Source: a virus (taxonomy: Duplodnaviria > Caudoviricetes). From it: a DNA stretch of 64,000 bases. Shown here piece by piece: positions 29,835 to 41,412 of this stretch (position 1 is the stretch's first letter; the number at the start of each line of letters is the position of its first letter). A program made the translations under genes and the position numbers. The notes beneath the pieces were generated by a model that saw nothing but the letters and a program-made list of their open reading frames with translations, did no database searches and was not told the origin of the DNA. The DNA lies in IMG/VR virus record IMGVR_UViG_3300021400_001148, positions 96,001-160,000 of that record. One strand, given 5' to 3'.

Positions 29835-30428
29835 TTAAAACTCTTTCTGATAGTTGATTGCCACTTCCTTGTTTTCATCGTCGGTGGCATTTGCACACGC
29901 ATCGAAAATCAGCCAAGCAAGTTTGCGGTCGCGGGATGCAGTGCGGTGTTCCTCTTCAGTGTCATCCACAAACATCTCGTCCCACCACATATTGATTGCG
30001 GTGTCGCTGAGTTTTCTAAGTTGCTCCTTGATGCTTTCATCTTGTTTGAGCTCATCAATGTCAGCATCGCACGGACCGGAATGATATCCCTTTTCAATCT
30101 GTGCGGGGGTAAGGATGAGGTCAATAGGGAATGAGGAGCCACTTGAAACCATATAGGCAAGACCAAGACTCACGAGATAATCGTACTCTGTGATAACCTT
30201 TTCTTCGTGGTTATCATCCCCGAAAATGGTGTCAATTTGGGCGTCTTCCCTTGAGCCGTAGGCAACCCAATCCCCGTCCTTGTCCGCCCATTCAAACGCA
30301 CGGCCGGTCTTTTCGTTGATGATAACAAAATTGACTTTGGAATCCTCAATGTATTCGTTTATACTCTTACCGAGGCTATTTGCCTTGTCCTTGAGCAGTG
30401 TGTAAATTTTCTGTGAAAGTCCTAACAT
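29835..30428 (-). CDS. Hypothetical protein
   Basis: Single-gene unit; start set by promoter 30454-30461. Confidence 0.7.
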   Translation of the reverse strand: MLGLSQKIYTLLKDKANSLGKSINEYIEDSKVNFVIINEKTGRAFEWADKDGDWVAYGSREDAQIDTIFGDDNHEEKVITEYDYLVSLGLAYMVSSGSSFPIDLILTPAQIEKGYHSGPCDADIDELKQDESIKEQLRKLSDTAINMWWDEMFVDDTEEEHRTASRDRKLAWLIFDACANATDDENKEVAINYQKEF

Positions 30429-30553
30429 GATTCTGTCCTTTTTGATTACATCACAAAGATAGTATTTAATTTCGTGATGGTGTTGGATTAGGCGCAAAGC
30501 CGGCAGCCACCCCTGCGCCTAAAAGAAAACCCCGGTGTGCTCCGGGGTATCCT

Positions 30554-31458
30554 CTATCGCATAAATTGGATGATGGTTTCAAGGTCGGTGTCATCAGCCA
30601 CCTTCATCAAATAATCATAGGAATATTTGTCCCAATCGAAATCGCTGAGGTAGACTTCTTCCGTGCCGTTGAAAATTTCCTTGTCCACCATTTCTTCCCA
30701 GTCCCGATAATAGAGGGCTTTCATAACCCAGCCGAGTTTATCCCAAGGGGCGGTGGCGAAAATCTTGTTTATTTTCTCGACAAGTTCGGGGTTGTGCCCG
30801 TTAGTGGTGTCCATTGCGTTGGAAATCCTTGTACAAGCAACCTGCCCAGAAGAAAGATTGTCAAAAATTTCGGCCTCGAAAAAAGTATCCCTTGAAGCAT
30901 CCACCATGTATCTTGCTTTCTCAATAGCATCACTCCTATTTTTTGCACTGACAATCTTATTTACCTGCGTGTTGTAAAAAAGTGTTACGCTGTAGAGTTG
31001 TTCCATTTTCTATTCCTCCTCTTCATCATTGTTTTCGTCTTCATCCTCATCTTCGTCCTGAGGGCCGTATTCATATTCTTCCCAGTTGTCGTAGCCGAGG
31101 TGCTGAGCAATGAAATTCCTTTCAAACCAAAGGAAATCATTGATTGCAGTTTTAGTCGGTGGTTCATCGCTATCGCAAAAGCATTCGTCAATGAACGATT
31201 CTACGGAATCCACATCGCCTTTTTCGATAAGAGTGTCGAGGGTGTCTCTTCCACCGCTCCAAGCCTCGAAGTGCTCAAGGTCTGTTTCCACCAAGTATTT
31301 CATATGCTTTTTACTGCTTTGATTAAACTTTTCTTAAAGTACTCCCGTGCGTATTTGGCAATAGCCTTTTTCTTCGCACTTGCAAGGTCTTTGGCCTCGA
31401 TGGTGTAGGTCTCGCAAGGCCCGTAGTGGTAATCCACAAAAATTTCGAATGTCTTCAT
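30554..31458 (-). CDS. Unit of three hypothetical ORFs (31300-31458, 31010-31303, 30554-31006)
   Basis: Coupled ORFs behind promoter 31480-31487. Confidence 0.65.
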
Positions 31459-31600
31459 ATCTTGTTCCCTTTTGTATTACAAATATAGTGAATGTATTTC
31501 AGAGATTGTCCGGCCAGGCGCAAAGTGGGCAGCCGACCTTGCGCCTAAAAGAAATGCCCCGGGAAAAGGAGCCCCGGGGCGAAACAAAAAGAACAAGACA

Positions 31601-32499
31601 TTACACTGTGTTCCAAATACTCCAGTGTATTTCATCATCGTATTTGAGGGCATCATTCCAGAGTTGCTCCAGATGGTGTGCCCAAGCCTGAAACTGCGGG
31701 GACATCGTTTCCAAATTCACTTTCCTGCCAAGAGAGACATTTGCAAAGGAATCAACATCACTCCAATTGCACCGGATTACACTTCCATCACTCGCCTGCG
31801 AACAGCCGACATAAGTTCCGGCAAGCCCCTCTCTCTTCCGAAGTTTTTTGTTGAGGGGAAAATAAAGGGAATATTCATCAACGTATCCCTCGTATTGTTT
31901 AGGTGCTCGGTAAAGTCTTATTTTCATTTCTCAGTTGTCTTAAGTGGCAATAAATAAACTCAAGGTCATCGGTTGACAATTGTCCCATACCACACTGTCT
32001 GCCTTCTTCATCGAAGAAACAAAGGCTCTCCGTTTCGTCAACATAAAAAAGAGCAATTTTGGTTTCGACCGGGTTGTGCCCGTTTTCATCCAAATGGTAG
32101 TAAGTGAGTTCATCGGTGGCTTTGGTATATGCCATCCGTTTTTCAGTATCGATTTCGGTCAGCAGACGGATTATATCCTTTTCCATCTGCCTACGAATCT
32201 TCACAATCTCAGCGAGCCAGTTTTTCATGTTCGAGAATTTTAAGAATAGCCTTTATCTCGGAAAAATCAAAAGACATAAGGTCATCAATCTCGCGTTTTC
32301 CGTCAATGTCAGTGGAGACACTGAACTTGCCCCCATTGAGAGATTGGCTGATTGAAACCAGCGTATGCTCTCTCAGCTCCTCGTAGTAGAAGAGTTTTAT
32401 CTTCGTTTCGGGAGCAAACTCGTGATAAAACCCCGGGGCAGGAAGATAGGACTTTGCATTTGAGATGAGAGCCCTTTTATTTTTTGGATTCTTTACCAT
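31601..32499 (-). CDS. Unit of three hypothetical ORFs (32209-32499, 31899-32228, 31601-31927)
   Basis: Behind the half-site promoter 32524-32531. Confidence 0.65.
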
Positions 32500-32572
32500 A
32501 TTCTGTTCCTTTTGTTTACACTACAAAGATAACGATTTTTCTTGACTTGGAAACCTATTCGGCGCAGGCGTG

Positions 32573-32731
32573 CTATACATAGATTCCCATTTCTTCGAGT
32601 TCTTCGATTGCGTCCTCCGGTACGAAATAGGAGCAGTCATCCCCAAACTCAATACCGAGGTTATCCATTTCTTCTTCTTCGAGGTCCATAAGAACCTGGC
32701 TCTGAGGCCAATTGACTTTGATGTATCCCAT
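32573..32731 (-). CDS. Small acidic protein, similar to the small ORF at about 39898-40074
   Basis: YIKVNWPQSQVLM...SYFV versus YVAVGWPEIQDLM...SAYFV. Confidence 0.55.
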   Translation of the reverse strand: MGYIKVNWPQSQVLMDLEEEEMDNLGIEFGDDCSYFVPEDAIEELEEMGIYV

Positions 32732-32861
32732 ATTCTTTTCCTTTTTGTTACATTGCAAAGATACTATCATTTTTTGATTTGCTGGTGGGTGTGGCGCAAT
32801 GACGGCAGCCGGCCTTGCGCCTAAGAAAAAAGTTGCGGTAAAAAATACCGCAACCGCCAGC

Positions 32862-33437
32862 CTATTTCTTAATGTTCTTGGCTTTTTTCCGTAGCGAATC
32901 AAAGTCGGTGTAAATAGCCTCTCCGTTGGAAAAACGGGCGGTGCAAACATATTCTCTGAAACCATACCCTTTTTTGATTCGGTTAATGATGCCGTTGGCA
33001 ATTTTTTCTTCTTCGTCCCGCAAGGCCTCTTCAAGGATATCGAAAGCCTTTTCCAGTTGGTATTCATAATCCTCGGATGTTACTTTGCATCCCCTGAAAC
33101 ATTTGTTGATTAGCCTTGTTGATGCGTAAGGAAAATAGTAGTGAACATCATCTATCAGTTCCTTGCGGTTGTGATTACGGAAATAGTATGCGCTGCCCAG
33201 CACATCGGTAAGACTTTCGGCATCGATGGCGTCAATACACGCATCCATGTAGTAGCCAGGAGTGAAAACAACCTTTATAAGGCGCAGTCCTTCATCTTCG
33301 GATTCTTTAATCTCGGTCGAAGGATAAGAACGACTTCCATCATTCCATTTGCCGAGTTCGGGGTAGTTTCCATATTCATAGTCATCGTTGGTAACTACAA
33401 CGCATCTTCTTTGGTATGAAAAATTTGGGGCACTCAT
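32862..33437 (-). CDS. Hypothetical protein
   Basis: Single-gene unit, MSAPNF...ARFSNGEAIY. Confidence 0.7.
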   Translation of the reverse strand: MSAPNFSYQRRCVVVTNDDYEYGNYPELGKWNDGSRSYPSTEIKESEDEGLRLIKVVFTPGYYMDACIDAIDAESLTDVLGSAYYFRNHNRKELIDDVHYYFPYASTRLINKCFRGCKVTSEDYEYQLEKAFDILEEALRDEEEKIANGIINRIKKGYGFREYVCTARFSNGEAIYTDFDSLRKKAKNIKK

Positions 33438-33568
33438 TGCTTTTTGTTCTTTCTGTTTTGCAATACAAATATAGTAAATCCTGTACAAAACCCAGTAAAT
33501 TCAGCGCAAAGCCGGCTGCCAATCTTGCGCCTAAAAAAGAAAACCCCGCATCAGCAGGGGTTCTTCTA

Positions 33569-34288
33569 TTATTCATCGGCATCCTCAAACTTCGTGTTTC
33601 CGATTTTGAGTCTGACCATCTCCCTTACTCGGTCATACCACATTGCCGTGATGTTTCGAATTTCTCCCTCCGTGTCCTCCACGACAACGCCAATTTCTTC
33701 AGAGCCATTGTAGGCGAGAGCTGCCTTTTCAATGCCACTGGCAATATCGTTCCAATCGGGATTTTCGCAGTCGATAGAGGTAACCATTTTGGCTGACTGA
33801 AGCAATGCTTCAAAGGAATCCACATCTTCGAGCTTGTCATATGGAATATCGAATCCGTCTGCGGTGATTGCAAATTCTTCGGTGAGATATTTGATTTGCA
33901 GGTTTAATCGGGCAGTAGGCCCCTGAACCCCATAGATATCTTCAAGTGTTTCATACATCCCCGTGATGGGAATCTCAATTGGTTTGTGCCCGTCACCGCC
34001 ACCCACATGATGTCCTTTGACAATTTCCATCAGTTGCCGGTAGACATCATCAATATCTTCCTCGGTTTCCACCGCGGAAATATCCTCTCCGTCCCCGTTG
34101 AGAAAAGTGGGCTCCTCGATGTCATCATCGTGGTATTCGTAAATTTCGTATTCACCCTCAAGGTATCCACTGCGGTCCATAAAAGTCTTGCAGTCTTCCT
34201 CGGTGGGGAAAACCATAAAGGAGGCGATTTCCTCTGGAATGTCCTTTGTGTTGATAAGTTCCGGCTGATAATAGGTTTTTCCTTTCAT
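33569..34288 (-). CDS. Acidic hypothetical protein
   Basis: Single-gene unit. Confidence 0.7.
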   Translation of the reverse strand: MKGKTYYQPELINTKDIPEEIASFMVFPTEEDCKTFMDRSGYLEGEYEIYEYHDDDIEEPTFLNGDGEDISAVETEEDIDDVYRQLMEIVKGHHVGGGDGHKPIEIPITGMYETLEDIYGVQGPTARLNLQIKYLTEEFAITADGFDIPYDKLEDVDSFEALLQSAKMVTSIDCENPDWNDIASGIEKAALAYNGSEEIGVVVEDTEGEIRNITAMWYDRVREMVRLKIGNTKFEDADE

Positions 34289-34487
34289 ATTCTTGTTCTC
34301 TTTTGTTACAATACAAAGATAGCAACATAAAATCGTACTCATCCGAGTACGGCGCAATGCGGGCTGCCAATCTTGCGCCTAAAAGAAAAAATGCCGGGAA
34401 AGGCCATTTTTAGGCGATTTCCGGCACTTTAAGAAAAAAGATGATGTGGAACACCACTTTAACCTTGCGGGGTTAATATAGGGGGTT

Positions 34488-35154
34488 TTATTCGTCTTTC
34501 CAGCCAGTCCACTCATTGGTCATGTCCTCATAGGTATCCGCGTCCTCTATGGATACCATTTCCACGAAGTCGAAACCAATGTCTTCGGTATCATCGGGAA
34601 CAGGCATCTGTTTGTGCCATTTGTTCTTGATGTCAGTCATGTCGTCACCCTCTATAAAGGCTTCAACGCGATATGTAAGTCTGATTTTCATAATTTAGTC
34701 CTCCTCCGGCCATTCAATTTCAGCCATTCCTCTATATGTTTCGTATTCGGTGAGTTTACCCCCGTCTTCAATTGCTGTGGCAAGTTCACGAAGAAACTCC
34801 GCAGTATAATAGAGGTCGGTAGTGATTTTGAGTGTTACTTGTTTCTCTTCCATATCTTTATTATTTGAGATTGGAGATATAGTGCTCCTCTATCCAATTG
34901 GCAAGAGCCTTTTTGTTCTGAGTGTCGAGGTCGCACCAAAAATGTGCGATGCTGGCTGCTGAATCATCATAGGCGTTGGCAAATAGTTTCCACTTGCTCA
35001 CCATGTGGTCAAAGTTGGTTGTCCACTCGGTTTCAATAAGGAAAACCGGAAGCGCGTCCGTCCTTTCGTCACCGAACATAGTCTTCCAAGTATGCATACG
35101 CATCTTGTAGTTCATTGCGAAGTTCAACAGAATTACATCAATAATCTTTTTCAT
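34488..35154 (-). CDS. Unit of small hypothetical ORFs (34861-35154, about 34695-34853, 34488-34691)
   Basis: Behind promoter 35179-35186. Confidence 0.6.
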
Positions 35155-35442
35155 ATCTTTGTCTTTTTGTTTACATTACAAAGATAGCAAAAACTTGTAT
35201 GCACCCAGCAGGTTAGGCGCAGTCTCGGCAGCCCACTTTGCGCCTAAAAAATCACCGCAGTTTCCCGCGGTGGTTTCTAAATCATTTCAACCCTTGTCAC
35301 CAGGCCTTTCAGTGGATAGCAACCGATTCTTTTCATATCGGAGATGAAATTCTTTTGCCAATCTTCGGCCTTTTCCTTGCTGTCAAATTCGTAGCAGGTG
35401 TTCACCACTCCGTCCACTATAGTCTTGAATACCCACATATCC

Positions 35443-35844
35443 CTAAAATTTTTCAGAGAGTTCCTCGATTTCTGCCCAAGAAAAGAGTTCTTCCATTTTC
35501 CGCAGGCTGTTGTGGCAACCATTGAAGGCTCTCCGCGCGGTAGCCATTTCCTCGTCTCCGTAGCCAAACTCGTTGGCAAATTCCCAGAAAAGCGGATTGT
35601 TCTTCGCTGCATAGCAGTCACTGACGATACAACCTATAGCATCCTCAATCAGAGACGGGCTGACGCGTCCGAGGCGGTAGTTGTAAACTGAATCGTGGAA
35701 AGTGAACTTTCTTTCAACCCCGCGGATGTTGATGATAATATAATAAGACTGATGCCAATCGCCAAGCAGGTCTTTGGTCACTTTGTTTTTGCGTGTTGAG
35801 ACTTTGAAAATTGTTCCGTCCGCAAGTGTGTAGTTCTTTGTCAT
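35443..35844 (-). CDS. Hypothetical protein
   Basis: Start set by promoter 35866-35873. Confidence 0.65.
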   Translation of the reverse strand: MTKNYTLADGTIFKVSTRKNKVTKDLLGDWHQSYYIIINIRGVERKFTFHDSVYNYRLGRVSPSLIEDAIGCIVSDCYAAKNNPLFWEFANEFGYGDEEMATARRAFNGCHNSLRKMEELFSWAEIEELSEKF

Positions 35845-36030
35845 GTTCTTGTTCCTTTTGTATAACAAAGATAATAAAAAAAGACGAAAGGATGACGGGC
35901 AAGGCGCAACCGCGGCAGCCTGCCTTGCGCCCATAAAAAAACCACGGGGTCTATCGTTTCGGTGGGTCGAAAATACCGCCTCTTAAAACCTACTGTGCTC
36001 GCCCGTGGATTGCAACAAAGATATGAAAAC

Positions 36031-36222
36031 TTAGTCTTCTTCGTTTCTGAGTTTCTGTATGTAAATTGCCTTGAGTTTCTTCTCCCTCTTCACAACGGAA
36101 GGCTTCTTGAATTCCTGCCGTTCCCTCTGTTCCTTTATGAGTTTGGTGTTGTTACATTTCCTCTTGAAAATCTTGAGGTATTTCTCAATTTTATCCGATT
36201 CTTCTACTGGCACTCTTAGCAT
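36031..36222 (-). CDS. rpsU: Ribosomal protein bS21, Bacteroidota type
   Basis: MLRVPVEESDKIEKYLKIFKRK...KEQRERQEFKKPSVVKR...KAIY, 63 aa. Confidence 0.9.
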   Translation of the reverse strand: MLRVPVEESDKIEKYLKIFKRKCNNTKLIKEQRERQEFKKPSVVKREKKLKAIYIQKLRNEED

Positions 36223-36413
36223 TTTCGTGTTGTTTTCTTTCTTATTTTTTTTAGCCACCCATCCCCGCACCGCCCGGGGAGTTCTCTCAGATAAGGAGAG
36301 CGGTCTCACTTTACCAGCCAACTATTTCAGACTGGCCTTTAATCCTAATGGGTAATAGCCGTCCGCTTTATTTATACTCGAGCAGACGGTCGAGTGGGGA
36401 GAAACCAAGGGCA

Positions 36414-36470
36414 GGGCACCGAGCACACCAACATAGTTTGTGGTTTACAGCCGTCTTTAAGCCAAGGCCC
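36414..36470 (-). ncRNA. Candidate structured RNA motif Y, diverged copy in the rpsU leader
   Basis: Shares GGCTTAAA..CGGCTGTAAACC..AACTATGTTGGTGTG..CGGTGCCC with 45811 and 53018. Confidence 0.5.
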
Positions 36471-36528
36471 GTGGTTTCGTATCACAAATATACAAAAACT
36501 TTCGTAATTTATAAATAGTTCGGTGCAA

Positions 36529-36693
36529 TTATTCCTCGTACAACTCGTCATTGAAGAGGACATATCCGAGAGCCTGCAGGACAGTATCCGCCTCATCACT
36601 TTCAATGCCGTTGTCTATGAGAACTTTTTCAGCCTTTTCAATATCTTCGGGGTAAAGTGTTGCCCGAACCACTACTTTTTCTCTTGGTGTCAT
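36529..36693 (-). CDS. Small hypothetical protein (54 aa)
   Basis: Read manually behind promoter 36714-36721. Confidence 0.55.
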   Translation of the reverse strand: MTPREKVVVRATLYPEDIEKAEKVLIDNGIESDEADTVLQALGYVLFNDELYEE

Positions 36694-36816
36694 ATCGTTT
36701 CCTTTTTGTATAACAAAGATAATAATTCTAGTTCCAAACTTTGTAGGTACGGCGCAAAGTCGGCAGCCACCCTTGCGCCTAAAAAGAAAATGGTACTCAG
36801 TTGAGTACCACCCTCT

Positions 36817-37602
36817 TTAGAAATTCTCTATGATAGAGACACTGCATCCACCATTTTTTCGAGTGTCGGGCGTTTTGTACATCTTGAGAACAACGCTTGT
36901 CTCATACCCAAGCAATGCCGTGCTCTTGAGAAAGTTCACCACATTCTTTTCATATTTGTTGAGAGCGTCTCTCTCCATAGTCACTTTGTCAGTGTCGGTA
37001 AACTTCACGACCTGATTTTTTCGGAAATCCTCCACCACCTCTTCCTTGCTCTTGAGGTAGTCGGCAACAAACTGCGAGATTTCGGAAAAGTAATAGGTAA
37101 TTGTTTCTTCCCCGTATTTCCAATACCCCGATGGAAGTGGATAGCATTCCCTTACAGTGAATGTGCATGGCTCATCGTAGTAGACCGAGAGTGATTCAAT
37201 GAAGACGAAAAACTTGTCAAGCTGCCCGTCAGTAAAACGATAACTTATCACAGAACTACCGAACCAACCAAGTCCAGGAGAAAGAACCACCTGCCCGAAG
37301 ATTTCCTTGATAGGCTGCTGAAAATAGTATGCAATATTTACCTGCCCATCGCCGGTCGCAAGGCATTCGGGGGTTACAAAAAGATAGGGTATTGAGTATG
37401 TGTCACTCCATAATGTTATTTGTCCAAGGCCAGCCACATTGGCCAGAACTTCTACCGAACCTATTTCCGGTCTTGTCTCCAGCTCGGGATGAAGAGTGAA
37501 CCCGAGAATCTTAGCTTCGCGGACTACATTATCAGTACCTCTGTAGTAGAAAATCTGCTTGTTCAGAATGTTGTTGAGTGCATCGTAGTTGATAGTGTCC
37601 AT
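36817..37602 (-). CDS. Hypothetical protein
   Basis: Single-gene unit. Confidence 0.7.
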   Translation of the reverse strand: MDTINYDALNNILNKQIFYYRGTDNVVREAKILGFTLHPELETRPEIGSVEVLANVAGLGQITLWSDTYSIPYLFVTPECLATGDGQVNIAYYFQQPIKEIFGQVVLSPGLGWFGSSVISYRFTDGQLDKFFVFIESLSVYYDEPCTFTVRECYPLPSGYWKYGEETITYYFSEISQFVADYLKSKEEVVEDFRKNQVVKFTDTDKVTMERDALNKYEKNVVNFLKSTALLGYETSVVLKMYKTPDTRKNGGCSVSIIENF

Positions 37603-37719
37603 ATCTTTGTTCTTTTGTTTACATCACAAAAGTAGTGAATTTTTTTCAGAACTTCACTTGTTAGGCGCAGCGGGGGCAGCCTGCCTTGCGCCTAAAAGAA
37701 AAACCCGCAGGTGCGGGCT

Positions 37720-38430
37720 TTACTTTGCAAACCTCGGAACAAAGAAATCTTCCAATTTGTAAGTATTTCGGTTGAGGTGTCTGTTGATTCCCGTAACATC
37801 ATGCAGGAAATCAATCGTGTCAGCCTTGAGCAGTTCATCCCACTTCATTCCGTAACCGCTTTCAGCAAGGACAAGCAAGTCCATGAAAATTGTAGTCCTG
37901 TCCCAATCTGGGAGATACCCCATCGCCCTTTTGACGATTTCGTTGATGGTTTTAATAGTCTCTTTCATAATTTTTTAGATTACGCCCCCGGGGAAAGCCA
38001 TACGGTGATTGACTTCCCTACCGTTCTCCGGCCCGGTCTTGATGAGGTAGGCGTTGAAACAGCCGTCAAAATATTTGTGGCCGAACTTGATGCCGTTGAC
38101 CTCAAAGCCCCTGTCACTACCGAACTTCTCGTAGATTTCGTCTCTGGTCAACTCGGTATTGGCTCCAGACTGTCTCCACTTCTCGTACATTGCACCCTCG
38201 TACTGTTCAAGTTCCTTGGCGTTGCCCTTGGGGAAAGTGTACCTCCAATCCTCAACGCGGTAACCGTCTGATTCACGCACGCCGTAGATGCGGACACTCT
38301 CCAGATAACCCCACTTGGAGTAATCCCATATATAACCCAGACGCTTGAGGTAAGCGAGGCCCTTCTTGTTAATGACTTCTCCCACAGGGAGGCTCTCAAA
38401 ATACTTCTGAATCTGTGTCTTTGTTTTCAT
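37720..38430 (-). CDS. Unit of two hypothetical ORFs (37975-38430; 37720-37968, DUF6874-like)
   Basis: DFLHDVTGINRHLNR...FVPRFA motif in the second ORF. Confidence 0.65.
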
Positions 38431-38603
38431 ATCCGTTCCTTTTACATTACAAATATAGTTAATGTTTTTCATTGACTGTCCGTTTTGGCGCAACGGGGGC
38501 AGCCGGCTTTGCGCCAAAAAGAAAATAGGTAGCCCCACTCCCAAAGGATGTACAAACCCCGGGGGAATAGGACTATCCTGTTGTAGTCTTTTTTTTTCGA
38601 GAT

Positions 38604-39777
38604 TTACTTTTCTAATGATGGCAGTCCGACAACTTTCCTGATTCGGTTTGCTATACTAAAGCAATCCCTTGCCAAATCCTCACCGCACTCTTTCTCCCCG
38701 AACGGCGGTTCCCATAGATACTGTTCACCCCTCTCGCGGATATACACCTGCGCGTCTTCCAGTATTTGCTTATCTTTTTTTCCGATTACTATAATCATGG
38801 CTTTATTCGTTAATGGTTTTGTTTACCACTCCCTCAGTTCGTTTATGTTTTTATTTACCACCACCTCAAACAGTGCGTTGACTGCTTTTTTGATTGTCGG
38901 ATAGAATTTGCCCTTAAGGAAAACCCTTTCCCCGTTGGCATCGCGCACATAATCGCACCAAACCTTTCCATAGGCAAGCCCTCTGCCGATACGCAGGTAT
39001 GCCACCTTACCATCATCCGTGCTAATCATAGGTGCAAGGCTCATGAATGTTTCTTCTGTTTTCATATCTCTTTTGCTTTTATCTACTGCAAATATAGGTA
39101 TTTTATTTCATTTCAGTGCAGGTACGGCGCAGCATCGGCAGCCACCCTTGCGCTTAAAAAGAAATGGGGCGAACCCCATTCTCTACCTTGTCACGAACTG
39201 CCGGATTTTTTCATAAACAAGTTCTCTTGCATTTTCGCGGTATTCATCGTACCACGCGGACTCGCCATCGTCTTCATATGGTTCACCGTTTGCATCAAGT
39301 ATCTGATACTCGTCTTCCGTCTTTTTAACGGCAGTATTCACAATATCATTCGCCAGAGTGTAAATTGCGTCCTCAATGCTGATGTCTTCAATGCACTCGT
39401 TGAGGACTTTTTCTGCGGTAAAAACTGAAATCGTTTCCTTTTTCATACTAATTGTGGTCTATAATGTGAAGATAGATATGGGAAAGTTGCTCGTTGTCAA
39501 GGGCGTCAATCGGGGTACTCTCCTTGTAGCACATACCACCCTCGTCCATAAATTCATAGTCAACGGTTGTTTCGCTGGTGACAAGACGCTCCCTTTCGTT
39601 GATGATAGGGGTGATGTTTGTATAGTGATACTGACCACCTGTGAAATCGTCATTCTCCCGCCCGTTGAGTTCTCCGTTTTCAATGTGGTGGCAGATTGCT
39701 GTGATATAAACTTTGTGGAGGTCTTCCTTCAGTTGGGTGATTCGCTCTTTGTAATAATCTGAAATTGTCTTTACCAT
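38604..39777 (-). CDS. Four hypothetical ORFs in two units (39448-39777, 39183-39446, 38823-39065, 38604-38798)
   Basis: Behind promoters 39797 and 39089. Confidence 0.65.
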
Positions 39778-40077
39778 TTTGTTTCCTTTTGTATAACAAA
39801 GATAGTAAAATATCCTCACCACTTGTCGGGTAAGGCGCAACATCGGCTGCCAGTCCTGCGCTTAAAAGAAAATGGTACTCAGTTGAGTACCACTCTCTTA
39901 TAAATCGTGCTCATTCATCCAATCCACATCCACGAAGTATGCGGAACTTCCGAAGTCATCCATACCCTTGTCATTATTGATAAGGTAAGCGTTGTCATCA
40001 AATCCCTCGACCATCATAAGGTCCTGGATTTCGGGCCAACCAACAGCCACATAGTTTCCTGTCCTGTTTGTCATATC

Positions 40078-40617
40078 TTAGCCAAAAACGAGTTCACCAA
40101 AAATTGCACACTGAAGGATTGCGTCATATCCCCAAAGGTCGATGTTCTCTTCAACGAGGTCTACCCAAAAGCGAGGGTATTTCTGCTGGACAATCTGAAG
40201 GCCCTTTTCGATGTCAGCGAGAGAAATCTCATGATTCCATTCTGCATCGGGGGCGTCTTCGTCCGGATTATATTCATCGGTTTCGTAGATGGTGATTTTG
40301 CCACCTTTGAGGAGAATGTCAGCGAGTTTGTCCTCAAAACAATCATCGGGGTTGGTGAGGGGTTTGTCTTCATCGCGGTAGTCCGCACCGAACCACGGGC
40401 TACCATAGAGAGCTCCCGAAAGGATATAACTCAGTTGCTCCTTGTCAGTGGTGTAAAACTTGATGTCGGTCGGCTCGTAGGTTTTCTTCCCATCCGTCTC
40501 CTCGGCAAATGTGAGGTCGAGGAAATGTTCCGCAATCGCAGACGGAATCATGTTTTCCGCAGGATTTGCCTTAACAAAACTGATGAGTTCCTGCTCGATA
40601 AATTCTTTTTTTGTCAT
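40078..40617 (-). CDS. Hypothetical protein
   Basis: Ends DAILQCAIFGELVFG; behind promoter 40642. Confidence 0.7.
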   Translation of the reverse strand: MTKKEFIEQELISFVKANPAENMIPSAIAEHFLDLTFAEETDGKKTYEPTDIKFYTTDKEQLSYILSGALYGSPWFGADYRDEDKPLTNPDDCFEDKLADILLKGGKITIYETDEYNPDEDAPDAEWNHEISLADIEKGLQIVQQKYPRFWVDLVEENIDLWGYDAILQCAIFGELVFG

Positions 40618-40741
40618 ACCTTTGTTCTTTTGTTTGCATTACAAATATAGTAAAAGTTTCCCTTATTTCTTGGATGTGGGCGCAACCGCGGCAGCCTGCC
40701 TTGCGCCCAAAAAGAAATCCGCCAAACGGGGCGGACTTCTG

Positions 40742-41308
40742 TCAATAAGGAAAATCGGTTATTTTTTCAAACCACCTGCAGTCATAGACATTTTTCGCAG
40801 GGTCGAAATCGTATTTCATTTTTTCAATACGGTCTTCAAGGTCTTCAATGTTTGCATCAGCCTTGACCATATATGCCCTGAAAGTGTTCGTGCCATCGTG
40901 ATGGGAAGACTCAAGGTAGAAGCAATCCATGTCGTAGGTGACTTTCAACCTATCTTCTGCAACCCTTTCAATGACCGAATCGAAGTCATCGAAAATTTCC
41001 GGCATAATTGTGGGGTTTCCCCACCAAAGTCCAAGCTGGCCAACTACCACAAACTTTGAGTTTGCGAGCACGCTGGAGTACTTGATATTGTTTCGGTCGC
41101 ACTCATAGCTATCCTGTCTCTCTTCCTCAAGCCAATCCCAATACCTTTGGCTGTCTTCGGGTGCGGGAGTGAGGTCGTTATCCTCACAAAATTGAACATA
41201 ATCAGCATACTCAAATTCGCTGTGACTGTCAAGTATGCAGGGAAGTTCATCCTTATGTTTTTCAGTGTATTTTTTGAACCAATTGATAAATCCTTTGTTT
41301 CTTTTCAT
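40742..41308 (-). CDS. Hypothetical protein
   Basis: GQLGLWWG and SHHDGTN motifs; single-gene unit. Confidence 0.7.
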   Translation of the reverse strand: MKRNKGFINWFKKYTEKHKDELPCILDSHSEFEYADYVQFCEDNDLTPAPEDSQRYWDWLEEERQDSYECDRNNIKYSSVLANSKFVVVGQLGLWWGNPTIMPEIFDDFDSVIERVAEDRLKVTYDMDCFYLESSHHDGTNTFRAYMVKADANIEDLEDRIEKMKYDFDPAKNVYDCRWFEKITDFPY

Positions 41309-41412
41309 GATGTTTTTCCTTTTGACAATACAAATATAGTGTGTTTCCGTCAGATTTCGGCTTGCACGGCGCAGCATCGGCAGCCGACCTTGCGCCTAAA
41401 AAAAAAGAGGCA

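Noticed and set aside
35950-35990. Hammerhead ribozyme downstream of rpsU
   Set aside because: GAAAC is present but the CUGANGA core is not.
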